NCBI GenBank assembly: GCA_963752395.1
Contig: CAVVXX010000011.1
Location: forward strand, 728-64,727
DNA length: 64,000 nt
Source: an uncultured Alphaproteobacteria bacterium
GTDB lineage: Bacteria > Pseudomonadota > Alphaproteobacteria > Micropepsales > Micropepsaceae
Direction: 5' to 3'
Part shown: one piece after another, positions 16,812 through 27,126 of the stretch
Layout of the letters: each line of letters begins with the position of its first letter
How positions within the stretch are numbered: position 1 is the stretch's first letter
Translations under genes and position numbers: made by a program
Notes under the pieces: generated by a model
The model's input: the letters and a program-made list of their open reading frames with translations, nothing else
Told to the model about the DNA's origin: nothing
The model's database searches: none

Positions 16812-19560
16812 TCAGTGCTCCAGCCGTTCGAGCAGCGCCGGCACATGCACCTGATCGGCTTTGTAATTGCCGGTAAGCGTGTACATCACAAGGTTGACGC
16901 CAAAACGCATCGCCATCTCGCGCTGGCGCTCGCCGCCGGGCGAGACGGAGGCAATCGGCTGGCCCGTAGCATCGCGTGCCCAGGCGGCCGCCCAGTCATT
17001 GCCGCCGATGATCACCGGCGAAACGCCGTCGCCGCCACGCGCGGGCGCCACGCCCGCATTAGGATCCGCTGGCGGCAAAGCCTCAACCCAAACGTCGCCG
17101 CCATCCCAGCGGCCTGGGAATTCCTGCAGCAGATAAAATGTTTTGGTGAGGACGTGATTTTCCGGCACACGCTCCAGCGGCGGGATGTCGAGCTTGGCCA
17201 GCAACCGGCGCAACGTTGTTGTACCCGGCGAGTCGTTTGTCGGCATGCCGGGTACGGTGGCATCGCGCGTGTCGAACAGGATGGTGCCGCCATTCCTCAT
17301 GAAATTGTCGACCTTGGCGATGGCTGCCGGCGAAAGATCGCGCTCGCGCGGGTCCATCGGCCAATAGAGGAGCGGATAGAACGACAGATCGTCTTTCTCG
17401 AGATCGATACCGACGGGATCGGACGGCTCGTAGGAGGTGCGCGCCTTGAGCGCGAGGCCCAGCCCATAAAGCCCGGCGCGGCTCATCTCATCGATGTCTG
17501 GCGCGCCGGTGATGACATAAGCAAGCTTGGTGTCGAGGGCCGAGGCCGTGTTTTTCGCTTCGTCCGCACGCGCGTGCGGCGCCAGCAAGAGCAGCAGTAA
17601 AAGCGGCGCGGTGCGCGCGAATGCGCGAAAGTATTTCCGGTCGGGGTCAAGATGGCCGCGCAGCCAAAGCGAGATCAGCGCATCCGTCATCAGCAGCAGC
17701 AGCGCCAACGCCAGCAGCGGCCATTTCAGTTCCTGCGTCGTCCGTCCCGAATAGGCGCTGATGGCGCGGCCGATATCGCCAAGCGATTTCAGCACGGTGT
17801 TCGCCTTCACGGCATTGAAGGCTACAAAGCCCGCTTCGCTGCCATATAGCCCCGGCGGGTGGGTTCGCGTTGGCAAGGCGGAATCGATGTCGGTGCTTTT
17901 GAGCGGTAACGCCTCAGGCGAAGGTTTGCCGAGATGGCCGAAGCCATCCATCGCTTGCAGCGGCGGATAGGTGCCCGCCTGTCTTTCGCTTTGCGCGCTG
18001 GGCTTCACGCCTTCGGCCAGCGCCAGTGTGCGGCGAAGCATGTCGACGTAAAGGCCCGACAGTGGCAGTGACGACCAGCCGGGGCTCGCTGCGATATGAA
18101 ACAGCACGATCCAGCCCTTGCCCCTGGAAGCGCCGGTGACCAATGGCGTGCCGTCGGTGAGCCGCGCCCAGCTGTGCTCGGAAAGCTCGATGGAAGGTTC
18201 CGCCAGCACCTGACGCGATACGGTGACGTCGTCCGGGATGGCAAGCCCATGAAACGGGCTGTCGTCGGCAAAGGGTGCGAGATGCTGCGGTTCCTGCCAG
18301 GTGAGCGAGCTTCCCATCAGCCGCTCGCCCTCGCGCAGTTTCACAGGCACCAGATCGTCGGCATGCGCCGCCAGCCGTGGGCCTGCGAAACGCAACAACA
18401 CGCCGCCCTGCTCGACAAAGCGCGCCACGCGGTCGTGCTCGGCTGGCGACAGATTGCCGACATCTGCCAGCAACAACATGGCGATGCCGCTGTCCAGCAT
18501 CTGCTCGATGGTGCCTTTGCGAACCTCGGCGTAAGGCCCGAGCGCGCGCTCTATATAAAAAATGTCGGACAGCAGCGGCTGTTCAATATCGGCGGTGCCG
18601 CCCGAAACGATGCCGACCGGGCGGCGGCGGAAACGCGCGTCGAGGAGTTGCGTGGCGCCGGCCGAGTCCTGTCCCGCGATGGCGATGCGCGCGGCTTCGT
18701 TGCGCAACTCAAGTGGAAGATTGATTTCCGCCTGCGCGGTTTGCGCATTGGGCGCGAAGTGATACGGCGCTTCGCCCAGCGGCGTGCCGTGCGTATCGAG
18801 CGCGCTGACGTGGCCTTCGCGCGCTAAACCGGAATTTCCGCGCACCACCGTCAGCTTGAATCCGCCGGCGCCGCTTTCCGGCGGGCGCAAGGCCAATGGC
18901 GTCTTGAGATCGGTATCGCCGAAAATGGACAACGCGCCGATACGCGCGAGGCCGCCGGCAATATCTTTTGCGTCGCTGTGGTCGATGCCATCGCTCAACC
19001 AAAGAATTTGCGGCGCAGATGTGAAATGCACGGCCGCGAGGCGGGCTAGTGCTGCCTTGCGGTCTGGAAGCCAGGCCCTCGGCACGATTTCCTCGGCGGA
19101 TTTAAGCGCCTTGCCCGCATCAAGCAGCGGCGGCGTGGTGTTCTGCGCGTCTGCTGTGGCGACGATAACGACCGGCCGCGAATCGCGCGCGGCTGTGTTC
19201 AAGGCCTGCGTCATGGCGGCCTGGTGCGCGGCCCATTCGGGCGCAGCCGTCCAGCCATTGTCCACGAACAGCACCAGCGAGCCGGAATTGGTGGCAGCAG
19301 GTGCTGCGTTCAGTACCAGGCTCCGCCAATGCCGTGATGACGATGGCGGCCGCGATCAGGCGCAACAGCAGCAACCATAGCGGCGTGCGCGCTGGTGTTT
19401 CCTCAGGCGACTTGAGGCCAAGCAAGAACCGCAATGGCGGGAAGGTGATGCGTCTGGGCGGCGGCGGCGTGACGCGCAACAGCCAATAGATGACCGGCAA
19501 CGCTGCAAGCGCCGCTAGAATCCACGGCGCGCCGAAGCTTAAACTTTCCAGGCCAGGCAC
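16812..19560 (-). pseudogene. BatA-like N-terminal double-TM domain / DUF4159 C-terminal domain membrane protein, frameshifted
   Basis: The N-terminus MPGLESLSFGAPWILAALAALPVIYWLLRVTPPPPRRITFPPLRFL (ORF 19120-19560) switches frame after ...ITALAEP into ORF 16812-19274. One extra G at about 19308-19309 (CCT-g-GTACTG) explains the switch. The C-terminus is ...GVNLVMYTLTGNYKADQVHVPALLERL. Confidence 0.75.
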
Positions 19561-19563
19561 CGG

Positions 19564-20490
19564 CTAGAACCCCCGTCGCGCGTGTGCGCCGCCAATCGCG
19601 CTGTAAAGCGCAATCAGCGCCGTTTGAGGCGAGCGGTCGGTGCGGTGACGCGTGAAACTCCAGCCCAGGCGCCGCGCCAGCTGGCCAACCGCTTCGACAT
19701 GTGCGGTGAAGCGCGCGCGATAGGCCTCGCGCACGCCTTCGGCGCGGCCGACGATTGCCGTATCGGGCAACAGTGGCGATTGAAAACGCACGCGCCCCGA
19801 ATAGGGAAAATCTTCTTCGGCGGGATCGTTCACCTGCACCAGAAAACCATTGACGCCAGCTTTGGCGAACAGCCGCATACGCTGTTCGATGACATCGAAG
19901 GGCTGAAGAAAATCCGAGAACCATACCAGCGCCGAATTGCGTTTCAGCTCGGCGCGTGGCGGCAGCGTTTGCTGCGATGATCCGTTGACCAATGCGTGCG
20001 CGATGCGCGTGAGCGCCACGCGCCCGCCTGCCGGCGGATGGGAACCGCCCACCAGCGCGATGCGCTCGCCCGCGCGCACCAGCAGTGATGCCAGCGCCAA
20101 CGCCAGCACGCTCGCGCGTTCGAGCTTGGTGGGGATTTCCGCCGATGAGGCAAAGCCCATGCTGGCGCCGCCATCGCGCCAGAACCACACGGATTCAGCC
20201 GCTTCCCATTCGCGCTCGCGCACGAAAAGATGTTGCGACTTGGCGGACTGTCGCCAATCGATGGCGGTCGTGGGGTCTTCCGATTGATAGCGGCGGAACT
20301 GCCAGAAGGTTTCGCCCATGCCGGCTTTGCGCCGGCCATGCACGCCGAGCGCGGCCGCCGCCGCCAGCGTTTCGGCCGCCACCAGCAAAGGCGGCAGTGC
20401 CGCCGCCAGCCGCTCGGCTTCCTCGCGCGTGCGGCTCCAGCGCTGGCCGGGCTTTGCTTCGTAGGCTTCGTTCAGAGGTTGTCTTTGCAC
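19564..20490 (-). CDS. DUF58 domain protein
   Basis: This is the C-terminal 309 codons of the artificial 670-aa ORF 19564-21576. A GTG start at 20490 overlaps the moxR end. The sequence contains GVHGRRKAGMGETFWQFRRYQSEDPTTAIDWRQSAK, the DUF58 signature. Confidence 0.8.
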   Translation of the reverse strand: MQRQPLNEAYEAKPGQRWSRTREEAERLAAALPPLLVAAETLAAAAALGVHGRRKAGMGETFWQFRRYQSEDPTTAIDWRQSAKSQHLFVREREWEAAESVWFWRDGGASMGFASSAEIPTKLERASVLALALASLLVRAGERIALVGGSHPPAGGRVALTRIAHALVNGSSQQTLPPRAELKRNSALVWFSDFLQPFDVIEQRMRLFAKAGVNGFLVQVNDPAEEDFPYSGRVRFQSPLLPDTAIVGRAEGVREAYRARFTAHVEAVGQLARRLGWSFTRHRTDRSPQTALIALYSAIGGAHARRGF

Positions 20491-21501
20491 AGGCCGTCGA
20501 TCACTTGCGCTATGGTGGCCCCTTCGGCGCGCGCCGAAAAATTCAGCGCCATGCGGTGGCGCAGCACCGGCTGGGCCAGTGCCGCCACGTCGTCGGTGGA
20601 TGGCGCGAACCGGCCCTGTAAAAGCGCGCGCGCGCGAATGGCAAGCATGAAGGCCTGGCTTGCGCGCGGGGACGGCCCCCAGGCGACGAAGTTGCACACG
20701 GTATCGCTGGCGCCCGCTTCGGGGCGCGCGGCGCGCACCAAACGCAATATCGACTCCACCACCTTCTCGCCCACCGGCAGGCGGCGCACCAGATTTCTGC
20801 GCGTCGATCAGAAGTTCGGCGCTGGTGACGCGCGAAGGAGTCGCTTCATCGCCGACCGTGGTTGCCATCATCACCTGACGTTCGGCGTCGTGGCCCGGAT
20901 AGCCGATATCGATCTGCATCAGAAAACGGTCGAGCTGCGCTTCTGGCAAAGGATACGTGCCTTCCTGCTCGATCGGGTTCTGCGTCGCCAGCACATGAAA
21001 GGGCTTGGGCAAATCGTAGCGCGTGCCGGCAATGGTGACATGCTTTTCCTGCATGGATTGCAGCAACGCGGATTGCGTGCGTGGGCTTGCGCGATTGATT
21101 TCATCCGCCATCAGCAACTGACAAAACACCGGACCTTTGATGAAACGGAAGCTACGCTTGCCGTGATCGCCTTCTTCCAGAACTTCCGAACCCACAATGT
21201 CGGCCGGCATCAGATCGGGCGTGAACTGGATGCGCTTGGTGTCGAGGCCAAGCACGGTGCCTAGCGTGTCAACGAGCCGCGTCTTGGCGAGGCCCGGCAC
21301 GCCGATGATCAAGCCGTTGCCGCCCGAGAGAAGCGTGATCAAAACCTGATCGACAACTTCCTGCTGGCCGAAGATGATGCGGCCGATGGCATCGCGCGCG
21401 CGCGCGAACTCGGCCGCTACGGCTTCCGCGCGCGCAGCGGCGCCGCCCGTGTCGTTTGGCTTGATCTGTGCCGCGGCTTCAGCGCCGCCGGACTTATTCA
21501 T
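20472..21501 (-). pseudogene. MoxR-family AAA+ ATPase, frameshifted
   Basis: From the ATG at 21501 the sequence includes GQQEVVDQVLITLLSGGNGLIIGVPGLAKT (Walker A) and LLMADEINRASPRTQSALL. After ...ELLIDAQK the frame switches to LVRRLPVGEKVVESILRLV... (ORF 20472-20789). One extra T at about 20793 explains the switch. Confidence 0.85.
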
Positions 21502-21642
21502 CGTTCTTTTCCGTGTTCCGCCACGTCGAGGGGGCGTAGCTTGGGTGCAGTTTGCATCCCTCAGGCGCACATGCAACAGCGAAGCCCGTCACCTTGGCTA
21601 ACCCGTAAACACAAGCACGCGAGCGGGTTTCATGGATAAAGC

Positions 21643-22212
21643 ATGACAGCTGGAAACCAATTTCCCATCGGGCTTGCGAGCCTCCAGGCAGAAGCGGCCA
21701 AGGGCGCCAAGCTGCCGCCGGTCGGGGACTGGAACCCATCGCGCTGCGGCGAGATCGACATCCGCATCATGCGCGACGGAACGTGGCATCATTTGGGCAC
21801 GCCCATCGCGCGCCCGGAATTGGTGCGGCTGTTCTCGACTGTGCTTCGGCGTGAAGACGATGGTTTCTATCTTGTCACGCCATCCGAGAAACTTCGCATC
21901 GTGGTCGAGGATACGCCATTTATGGCAGTGCTGCTCGATGTGGAAGGGAAGGGGCGCGAGCAGCGTCTTGTCTTCACCACCAATGTCGGCGACCAGGTGA
22001 CAGCCGGCGCCGAACATCCGATCCGCGTGGAGTTGGACCCGCAAACGAGCGAGCCCGCGCCATATTTATTGGTCCGCGCGCGGCTCGAAGCGCGAATCGC
22101 CAGGCCGGTGTTTTATCGTCTGGCCGATCTCGCGGTCGAAGCACCGGGCGCGTCCGGCACGTTAGGTGTCTGGAGCGCAGGCAAATTCTTCGCACTCGGG
22201 CCAGCCGCGTGA
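21643..22212 (+). CDS. DUF1285 domain protein
   Basis: 189-aa ORF. IDIRIMRDGTWHHLGTPIARPELVRLFSTVLRREDDGFYLVTPSEKLRIVVEDTPF matches the DUF1285 pattern. Confidence 0.7.
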   Translation: MTAGNQFPIGLASLQAEAAKGAKLPPVGDWNPSRCGEIDIRIMRDGTWHHLGTPIARPELVRLFSTVLRREDDGFYLVTPSEKLRIVVEDTPFMAVLLDVEGKGREQRLVFTTNVGDQVTAGAEHPIRVELDPQTSEPAPYLLVRARLEARIARPVFYRLADLAVEAPGASGTLGVWSAGKFFALGPAA

Positions 22213-22243
22213 GCGCGCGGGCTATCGCTGTTATGATCTGCGC

Positions 22244-22519
22244 ATGATCCGGCGAATCCTTCTCGACCTGTTGCTGTTCCTGCTGCCCTTCGCGCTTTAC
22301 GCCGTCTATTGGCATCTCGCGCGCAAGGGCGATCCCGAACAGGCCGCACGGCCGCATCCCTGGGCGATGCTGTTTATTGCGGGCCTGGCGCTGGTCGCCG
22401 CGAGTTTTGTCTGGCTTGGGCTCACCGAAGGCGAGCATACCAAAGGCGTTTATGTTCCGCCGCACAATGAGAACGGCAAAGTCGTGCCGGGCCATATCGA
22501 GAAGAAACCGCCAACGTGA
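22244..22519 (+). CDS. Small membrane protein (hypothetical, 91 aa)
   Basis: The internal ATG of ORF 22166-22519 starts MIRRILLDLLLFLLPFALYAVYW, and there is a second TM segment. Its stop overlaps the cca start as GTGA. Confidence 0.5.
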   Translation: MIRRILLDLLLFLLPFALYAVYWHLARKGDPEQAARPHPWAMLFIAGLALVAASFVWLGLTEGEHTKGVYVPPHNENGKVVPGHIEKKPPT

Positions 22520-23736
22520 GCGAGCGCCTCGATCCCGCCAAGCACGAATGGATGCGTTGGCCCGAAACGCGCGCCGTGATGGCGGCGTTGACTAATGGCG
22601 GCGGCGAAGCGCGCTTTGTCGGCGGCGCCGTGCGCAACGCGCTTTTGAGCGAACCCGTTACCGATGTCGATATCGCAACGCCTCTGACGCCGGATGAGGT
22701 GACAAAGCGGTTGGAGAAAGCAGGGCTGCAAGCCGTGCCCACCGGCATAGCGCACGGCACGGTGACGGCGGTGGCGAAAGGCAAGCCATTCGAAGTGACG
22801 ACGTTGCGCCGCGATGTTTCGACCGATGGCCGCCGCGCCGTTGTGGCCTTCACCAAGGACTGGGCCGAAGACGCGAGCCGCCGCGATTTCACCATGAACG
22901 CGCTTTACGCGAGTTCTGACGGCGAAGTTTTCGATCCCACGGGCGGCGTGGCCGATCTGAAAGCGGGCCGTGTGCGCTTTGTCGGCGATCCCACCACGCG
23001 CATTCGCGAAGATTATCTGCGTATCCTGCGGCTGTTCCGCTTTCACGCTTGGTACGGCAAGGGCGAGCTGGACAAGGCGGCACTCGCAGCAGCCATGGCC
23101 GAAAAATCAGGATTGCAAAAACTTTCCGGCGAACGCGTACAGAAAGAACTGCTCAAGCTGCTGGCCGCGCGCGAGCCCGCGCCAACGCTCCGCGTCATGG
23201 AAAAGGCGGGAATACTTTCCGAAATTTTGCCATCGCGCTTGTTCCTTGCGCGGCTGGAACGTCTGGTGGCAATCGATACGGCAAACGGGTTCGCGCCGGA
23301 TGCCACATTGCGTCTGGCCGCATTGATGCCGGGCGATGCTAGTGCAGCTCGCGATCTAGCCGAGCGTTTGAAACTTTCCAACGCCGACAGAGACAGGCTC
23401 ATCGCTGCTACGAGCGAAATAAAAATCGGAACGTCGCAGCGTGATGCGCATGTGTTGCTCTATCGCCTGGGCGTGCAGCAATTCAAAGATATCGTCTTTC
23501 TGCGCTGGGCTGCCGACGAAAAAGCCAACGCGGCGCAATGGCGCGCGCTTTTCGATCTCGCCAAGACATGGCGTAAGCCGCAGTTTCCGCTCGATGGCCG
23601 CGATGCGATGGCGGCTGGCGTGAAAGAAGGCCCTACGGTCGGAAAAATTCTCGGCGAACTGGAACGCTGGTGGATCGATAACGATTTCAAGCCGGACCGC
23701 GCGGCGTTGCTTGCGCGTCTTAAAGAACGTGGATGA
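22516..23736 (+). CDS. cca: CCA-adding tRNA nucleotidyltransferase / poly(A) polymerase family protein
   Basis: 406-aa ORF with FVGGAVRNALL...DVDIAT...TLRRD...RDFTMNAL and RILRLFRFHAWYG motifs. Confidence 0.85.
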   Translation: MSERLDPAKHEWMRWPETRAVMAALTNGGGEARFVGGAVRNALLSEPVTDVDIATPLTPDEVTKRLEKAGLQAVPTGIAHGTVTAVAKGKPFEVTTLRRDVSTDGRRAVVAFTKDWAEDASRRDFTMNALYASSDGEVFDPTGGVADLKAGRVRFVGDPTTRIREDYLRILRLFRFHAWYGKGELDKAALAAAMAEKSGLQKLSGERVQKELLKLLAAREPAPTLRVMEKAGILSEILPSRLFLARLERLVAIDTANGFAPDATLRLAALMPGDASAARDLAERLKLSNADRDRLIAATSEIKIGTSQRDAHVLLYRLGVQQFKDIVFLRWAADEKANAAQWRALFDLAKTWRKPQFPLDGRDAMAAGVKEGPTVGKILGELERWWIDNDFKPDRAALLARLKERG

Positions 23737-24352
23737 GCTCGGTGCTGCCTTCCAGGATCATTTTGCCGGCGACAAAAACGATGATCAGCAAGCCGACATA
23801 AGCGATCCAGGGGTAACGGTGCAGCAGCTTGGCTATATAGGTCGCGGCCACAGCAGTTAGCGCAATCGACAACATCAATCCAAGCGCCAGAACCCAGATG
23901 TGTTTATGTGCGGCACCCGCGACACCCAGCACGTTGTCGAGCGACATTGAAATATCGGCCAAGGCTACCTGTAAAATGGCGCGCTTGAAGGACGAGTATT
24001 TGCCTGCCGGCTCTTCGACGCTTTGGGCTGTTGCGTTGAAGGTGGCGACGCCTGCAATTTCAGATTTTGCTGCGCGCAGCTGGCGGTAAAGCCGATACGC
24101 CACCCAAAGCAGCAATAATCCACCGGCAACCGCCAGGCCCAAGATTGTCAGCAGCTCTACGGCAACGAGGGCAAGCCCAATGCGCAATATGACAGCGGCA
24201 GCCAGACCCCAGAAGATAATCTTACGGCGGTCGGCGGGCGGAACGGTCGCCGCCACCATGCCGATGACGATGGCATTGTCGCCTGCAAGCGTGATGTCGA
24301 TGAGGACGACCTGAAAGAGTGCGGTCAGCGCGGGATCGAGGTGAAAATCCAA
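23720..24352 (-). CDS. TerC family integral membrane protein
   Basis: 210-aa ORF, polytopic, with the two repeated motifs LAGDNAIVIG and DISMSLDNVLGVAG typical of TerC/YjbE. Confidence 0.8.
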   Translation of the reverse strand: MDFHLDPALTALFQVVLIDITLAGDNAIVIGMVAATVPPADRRKIIFWGLAAAVILRIGLALVAVELLTILGLAVAGGLLLLWVAYRLYRQLRAAKSEIAGVATFNATAQSVEEPAGKYSSFKRAILQVALADISMSLDNVLGVAGAAHKHIWVLALGLMLSIALTAVAATYIAKLLHRYPWIAYVGLLIIVFVAGKMILEGSTELIHVL

Positions 24353-24382
24353 AATCGCGTCCTCATGCCGGGATGGCGTTGA

Positions 24383-25309
24383 TCAGGGCCAGCGAACTTC
24401 CGGCGGCAGCGACATCAGAATAGCCTCGGTGTTGCCGCCGGTGGCAAGCCCAAATCTGGTGCCGCGGTCATAGAGCAGATTGAACTCGACATAACGGCCG
24501 CGCATTACCAGCTGCTCTTCGCGTTCTTCCTTCGTCCAGGGCTCGTTCATCTGGCGGCGCACAATGGCGGGAAAGGTTTCCAGGAACGCAAGGGCCACAT
24601 CGCGCGCAAAAGCGAAATCTTTTTCCCAATCGCCGGTATCGAGGTTGTCGTAAAAAATACCGCCCACGCCACGCGGTTCGTTGCGGTGATTGATGAAAAA
24701 ATATTCGTCGCAGGCTTTGGCGTAGCGCGCGTAATAGTCCGGCGCATGCGCGTCGCAGGCACGCTTGAATCCTTCGTGGAACATTTGCGCCAGCGGATGC
24801 TCGCGGCTCCGTTGCGCGGCGATGGTGGGCGTGAGATCGCCGCCGCCGCCGAACCAGCTTTTGCGCGTCACCACGTAGCGCGTGTTGAAGTGGGCGGCGG
24901 GCACGCGGGGGCTCCGCATGTGCGCCACCACCGAGATGCCCGAGGCCCAATAGCGCGGATCGTCGGCGGCGCCCGGAATTTCCTTGGCGAAGGCGGGATT
25001 GAACCGGCCATATACCGTGGACGCGTTGACGCCCACTTTTTCGAAGACGCGGCCATGCATGATCGCCATCACGCCGCCGCCGCCGTCGGCGCCTTCGTCC
25101 GGTGGGCGCGTCCAGGGCTTGCGCGTGAAGCGGCCGGGCGGCAGCTCTCGCAACGGGCCGCTGTAGTCGGTCTCGATCTGCTCGAACGCGGCGCACAGCC
25201 GGTCGCGCAATTCCTCGAACCAGGCCTTGGCATTAGCTTTTCGTTCTTCGAGGCTGAGGGTAGAGGCCATAAGTGCAGCTAGGCGCGCAGGCCAAGAAGC
25301 GTCAAGCAC
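24383..25309 (-). CDS. hemF: Oxygen-dependent coproporphyrinogen III oxidase
   Basis: 308-aa ORF with [41 protein letters not shown] and GGIFYDNLD...[13 protein letters not shown]. The start is uncertain (GTG at 25309 or ATG at 25270). Confidence 0.9.
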   Translation of the reverse strand: MLDASWPARLAALMASTLSLEERKANAKAWFEELRDRLCAAFEQIETDYSGPLRELPPGRFTRKPWTRPPDEGADGGGGVMAIMHGRVFEKVGVNASTVYGRFNPAFAKEIPGAADDPRYWASGISVVAHMRSPRVPAAHFNTRYVVTRKSWFGGGGDLTPTIAAQRSREHPLAQMFHEGFKRACDAHAPDYYARYAKACDEYFFINHRNEPRGVGGIFYDNLDTGDWEKDFAFARDVALAFLETFPAIVRRQMNEPWTKEEREEQLVMRGRYVEFNLLYDRGTRFGLATGGNTEAILMSLPPEVRWP

Positions 25310-25351
25310 TCCATAAGCAGGGCTCTAGACAGCAATAAAGTTACTACCTAT

Positions 25352-25376
25352 TGTAAATAGCACTATAACATTTACA
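25352..25376 (+). promoter_or_regulatory. Candidate operator: perfect 7-bp inverted repeat TGTAAAT-N11-ATTTACA upstream of the VapC module
   Basis: The repeat arms are 25352-25358 and 25370-25376, and the spacer contains TATAAC (25364-25369). AGGAG at 25376-25380 and the ATG at 25387 follow directly. Confidence 0.45.
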
Positions 25377-25386
25377 GGAGTGCTTC

Positions 25387-25872
25387 ATGAGCAAATACGA
25401 TAATTTGGGAAATTACCTGCGCAAGCAGGGATACGGCGAAGTTCCGATGACATTTGGCGAGATAGAGAAAATTGTTGGCTCCAAACTCCCTCCCTCCGCC
25501 TATCGCCATCGCCCTTGGTGGAGCAACAATCCATCCAACAGTGTCATGACAAGGGTCTGGCTAGATGCGGGCTATCGCACTGAACGCGTGGACATGGCTG
25601 CGAAAAAGCTTGTGTTCAAGCGCGCTGGCTTGTCACAGCATGGCGCCGGAATGGCTGGTACGGAGCGTAGGTATCAACCCAGTGACCCTGGCTCAGATAA
25701 AAAGGTTGGCCGTCACCCTCTCATCGGCTCGATGAAAGGGACGTTCACGATCGAGCCAGGATGGGACATCACCAAGCCCGCAATGGACCCAGAGGAGCTA
25801 GATGAAATGGAGGTGAATACCGAGAAAACGGCGGACAGAATTGAAAAAGGCCTTTCCGGCAGAGGCAAATGA
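25387..25872 (+). CDS. Putative atypical antitoxin (161 aa): N-terminal 'FxEIExIxGxxLPxSA...WW.N' domain plus a C-terminal antitoxin-like motif
   Basis: The ORF overlaps the vapC start by 4 nt (ATGA). The N-terminal part is YLRKQGYGEVPMTFGEIEKIVGSKLPPSAYRHRPWWSNN. The C-terminal part is GRHPLIGSMKGTFTIEPGWDITKPAMDPEE. The genetic position is typical of a type II antitoxin. Confidence 0.5.
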   Translation: MSKYDNLGNYLRKQGYGEVPMTFGEIEKIVGSKLPPSAYRHRPWWSNNPSNSVMTRVWLDAGYRTERVDMAAKKLVFKRAGLSQHGAGMAGTERRYQPSDPGSDKKVGRHPLIGSMKGTFTIEPGWDITKPAMDPEELDEMEVNTEKTADRIEKGLSGRGK

Positions 25873-26285
25873 CCGCGTCTATTTTGTTGGACACTTGCGC
25901 AGCGCTCTGGATCGTAGCCGAAGAGGAAATCTCGCGATCCGCAGTGGATGCACTGCTCGATGCTTATCGTGAGGGGCGAAGCGTCTATGTGTCGCCTATT
26001 ACGGCATGGGAAGTCGGGATGCTCGCTTCTAAGGGCCGTTTCAGATCCAACATGTCTCCGCAGCGTTGGCTGGATGAGTTGCTTGCCAAGCCGGGTGTGC
26101 GGCTTGCTGAACTCACAGCCTTTGTTCTGATGGGATCGTCGTTTCTTCCCGGTGGCCGCCTGCGTGATCCCGCAGATCGCATCATCGTGGCGACTGCGCG
26201 GGAATACGGTATGACGGTCATGACGCGCGATCAGCTGCTCCTCGACTATGGCAAGCAGGGATATTTGAGCGTTTTAGCCTGCTAG
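25869..26285 (+). CDS. vapC: Type II toxin VapC (PIN domain ribonuclease)
   Basis: 138-aa ORF with ILLDTCAALW (first acidic residue), WEVGML and DPADRIIVATAREYGMTVMTRDQ, the conserved PIN motifs. Confidence 0.85.
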   Translation: MTASILLDTCAALWIVAEEEISRSAVDALLDAYREGRSVYVSPITAWEVGMLASKGRFRSNMSPQRWLDELLAKPGVRLAELTAFVLMGSSFLPGGRLRDPADRIIVATAREYGMTVMTRDQLLLDYGKQGYLSVLAC

Positions 26286-26470
26286 TTTCGTGCTGCACGA
26301 TCAGTGCCTTAGGCCTTGGAGGAATTGGCTGATTTCTGCGGCATCGTGACGCAAGACCCTAAAAATTCGACTCTCTATCTTACGCCCCTGTTCGTGCGCG
26401 CCGCTATTCCGGGGACGGCGCGTGTTTCCCTTTTATGTCCTGCCTCCCGGTGTACCCGAACTTTGGAAAG

Positions 26471-27118
26471 GTGCCCGTGGCTCACTCGCAAGCGGTAGAA
26501 CCGACGCGACGCGATTTTCTCTACATCGCGACCGGCACCTTTGGCGCCGTAGGTGCGGCGTTGTCGGCATGGCCGTTCATCAGCCAGATGAATCCGTCGG
26601 CCGCCGTGCTGGCGCTGGCAGCAATCGAAGTCGATATCTCAGCGGTGCAGCCCGGCCAGGCGATCACCGTGATGTGGCGCGGCAAGCCGGTGTTCATCCG
26701 CCGCCGCACGCCCAAGGAAATTGAGGAAGCGGAATCCGTGCCGCTTTCCGATTTGCCGGACCAACTCGCGCGCAACGCCAATTTCCCGGCAGATGCGCCC
26801 GCGACCGACGCGAACCGTCTCTCGCCCTATGTCAGTGCAGGGACTACTTCGCAAGCAGCCGGGGCACCTTCACCGGAGGCTGCTCCTGCCGCTGAAGGCG
26901 CGAAACAAGAGAAAACCGAATGGCTTGTGGTCGTGGGCGTATGCACGCATCTGGGTTGCATCCCGCTCGGCTATCAGGGTTCCTATGGCGGCTGGCTGTG
27001 CCCGTGTCACGGCTCGCAATACGACACCGCGGGCCGCATCCGCCAAGGTCCCGCGCCAGAAAATCTTGCCGTGCCGCCTTACGCTTTTCTCACCGACACC
27101 CGCGTCAAGATCGGCTAA
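26471..27118 (+). CDS. petA: Ubiquinol-cytochrome c reductase Rieske iron-sulfur subunit
   Basis: The ORF is 26435-27118, with a likely GTG start at 26471 or 26477. It has a Tat-like [12 protein letters not shown] and the 2Fe-2S boxes CTHLGCIP and CPCHGSQYD. It carries an extra Ala/Pro-rich insert before the first box. Confidence 0.9.
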   Translation: MPVAHSQAVEPTRRDFLYIATGTFGAVGAALSAWPFISQMNPSAAVLALAAIEVDISAVQPGQAITVMWRGKPVFIRRRTPKEIEEAESVPLSDLPDQLARNANFPADAPATDANRLSPYVSAGTTSQAAGAPSPEAAPAAEGAKQEKTEWLVVVGVCTHLGCIPLGYQGSYGGWLCPCHGSQYDTAGRIRQGPAPENLAVPPYAFLTDTRVKIG

Positions 27119-27126
27119 GGAACATC

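Noticed and set aside
19564-21576. A 670-aa ORF that looks like a MoxR::DUF58 fusion protein.
   Set aside because: Its middle third (about residues 260-360) is Arg/Ala/Pro-rich nonsense. The true MoxR C-terminus (LVRRLPVGEKVVESILRLV...CKDNL) is in another frame (20472-20789). The fusion is an artefact of a single extra T at about 20793.
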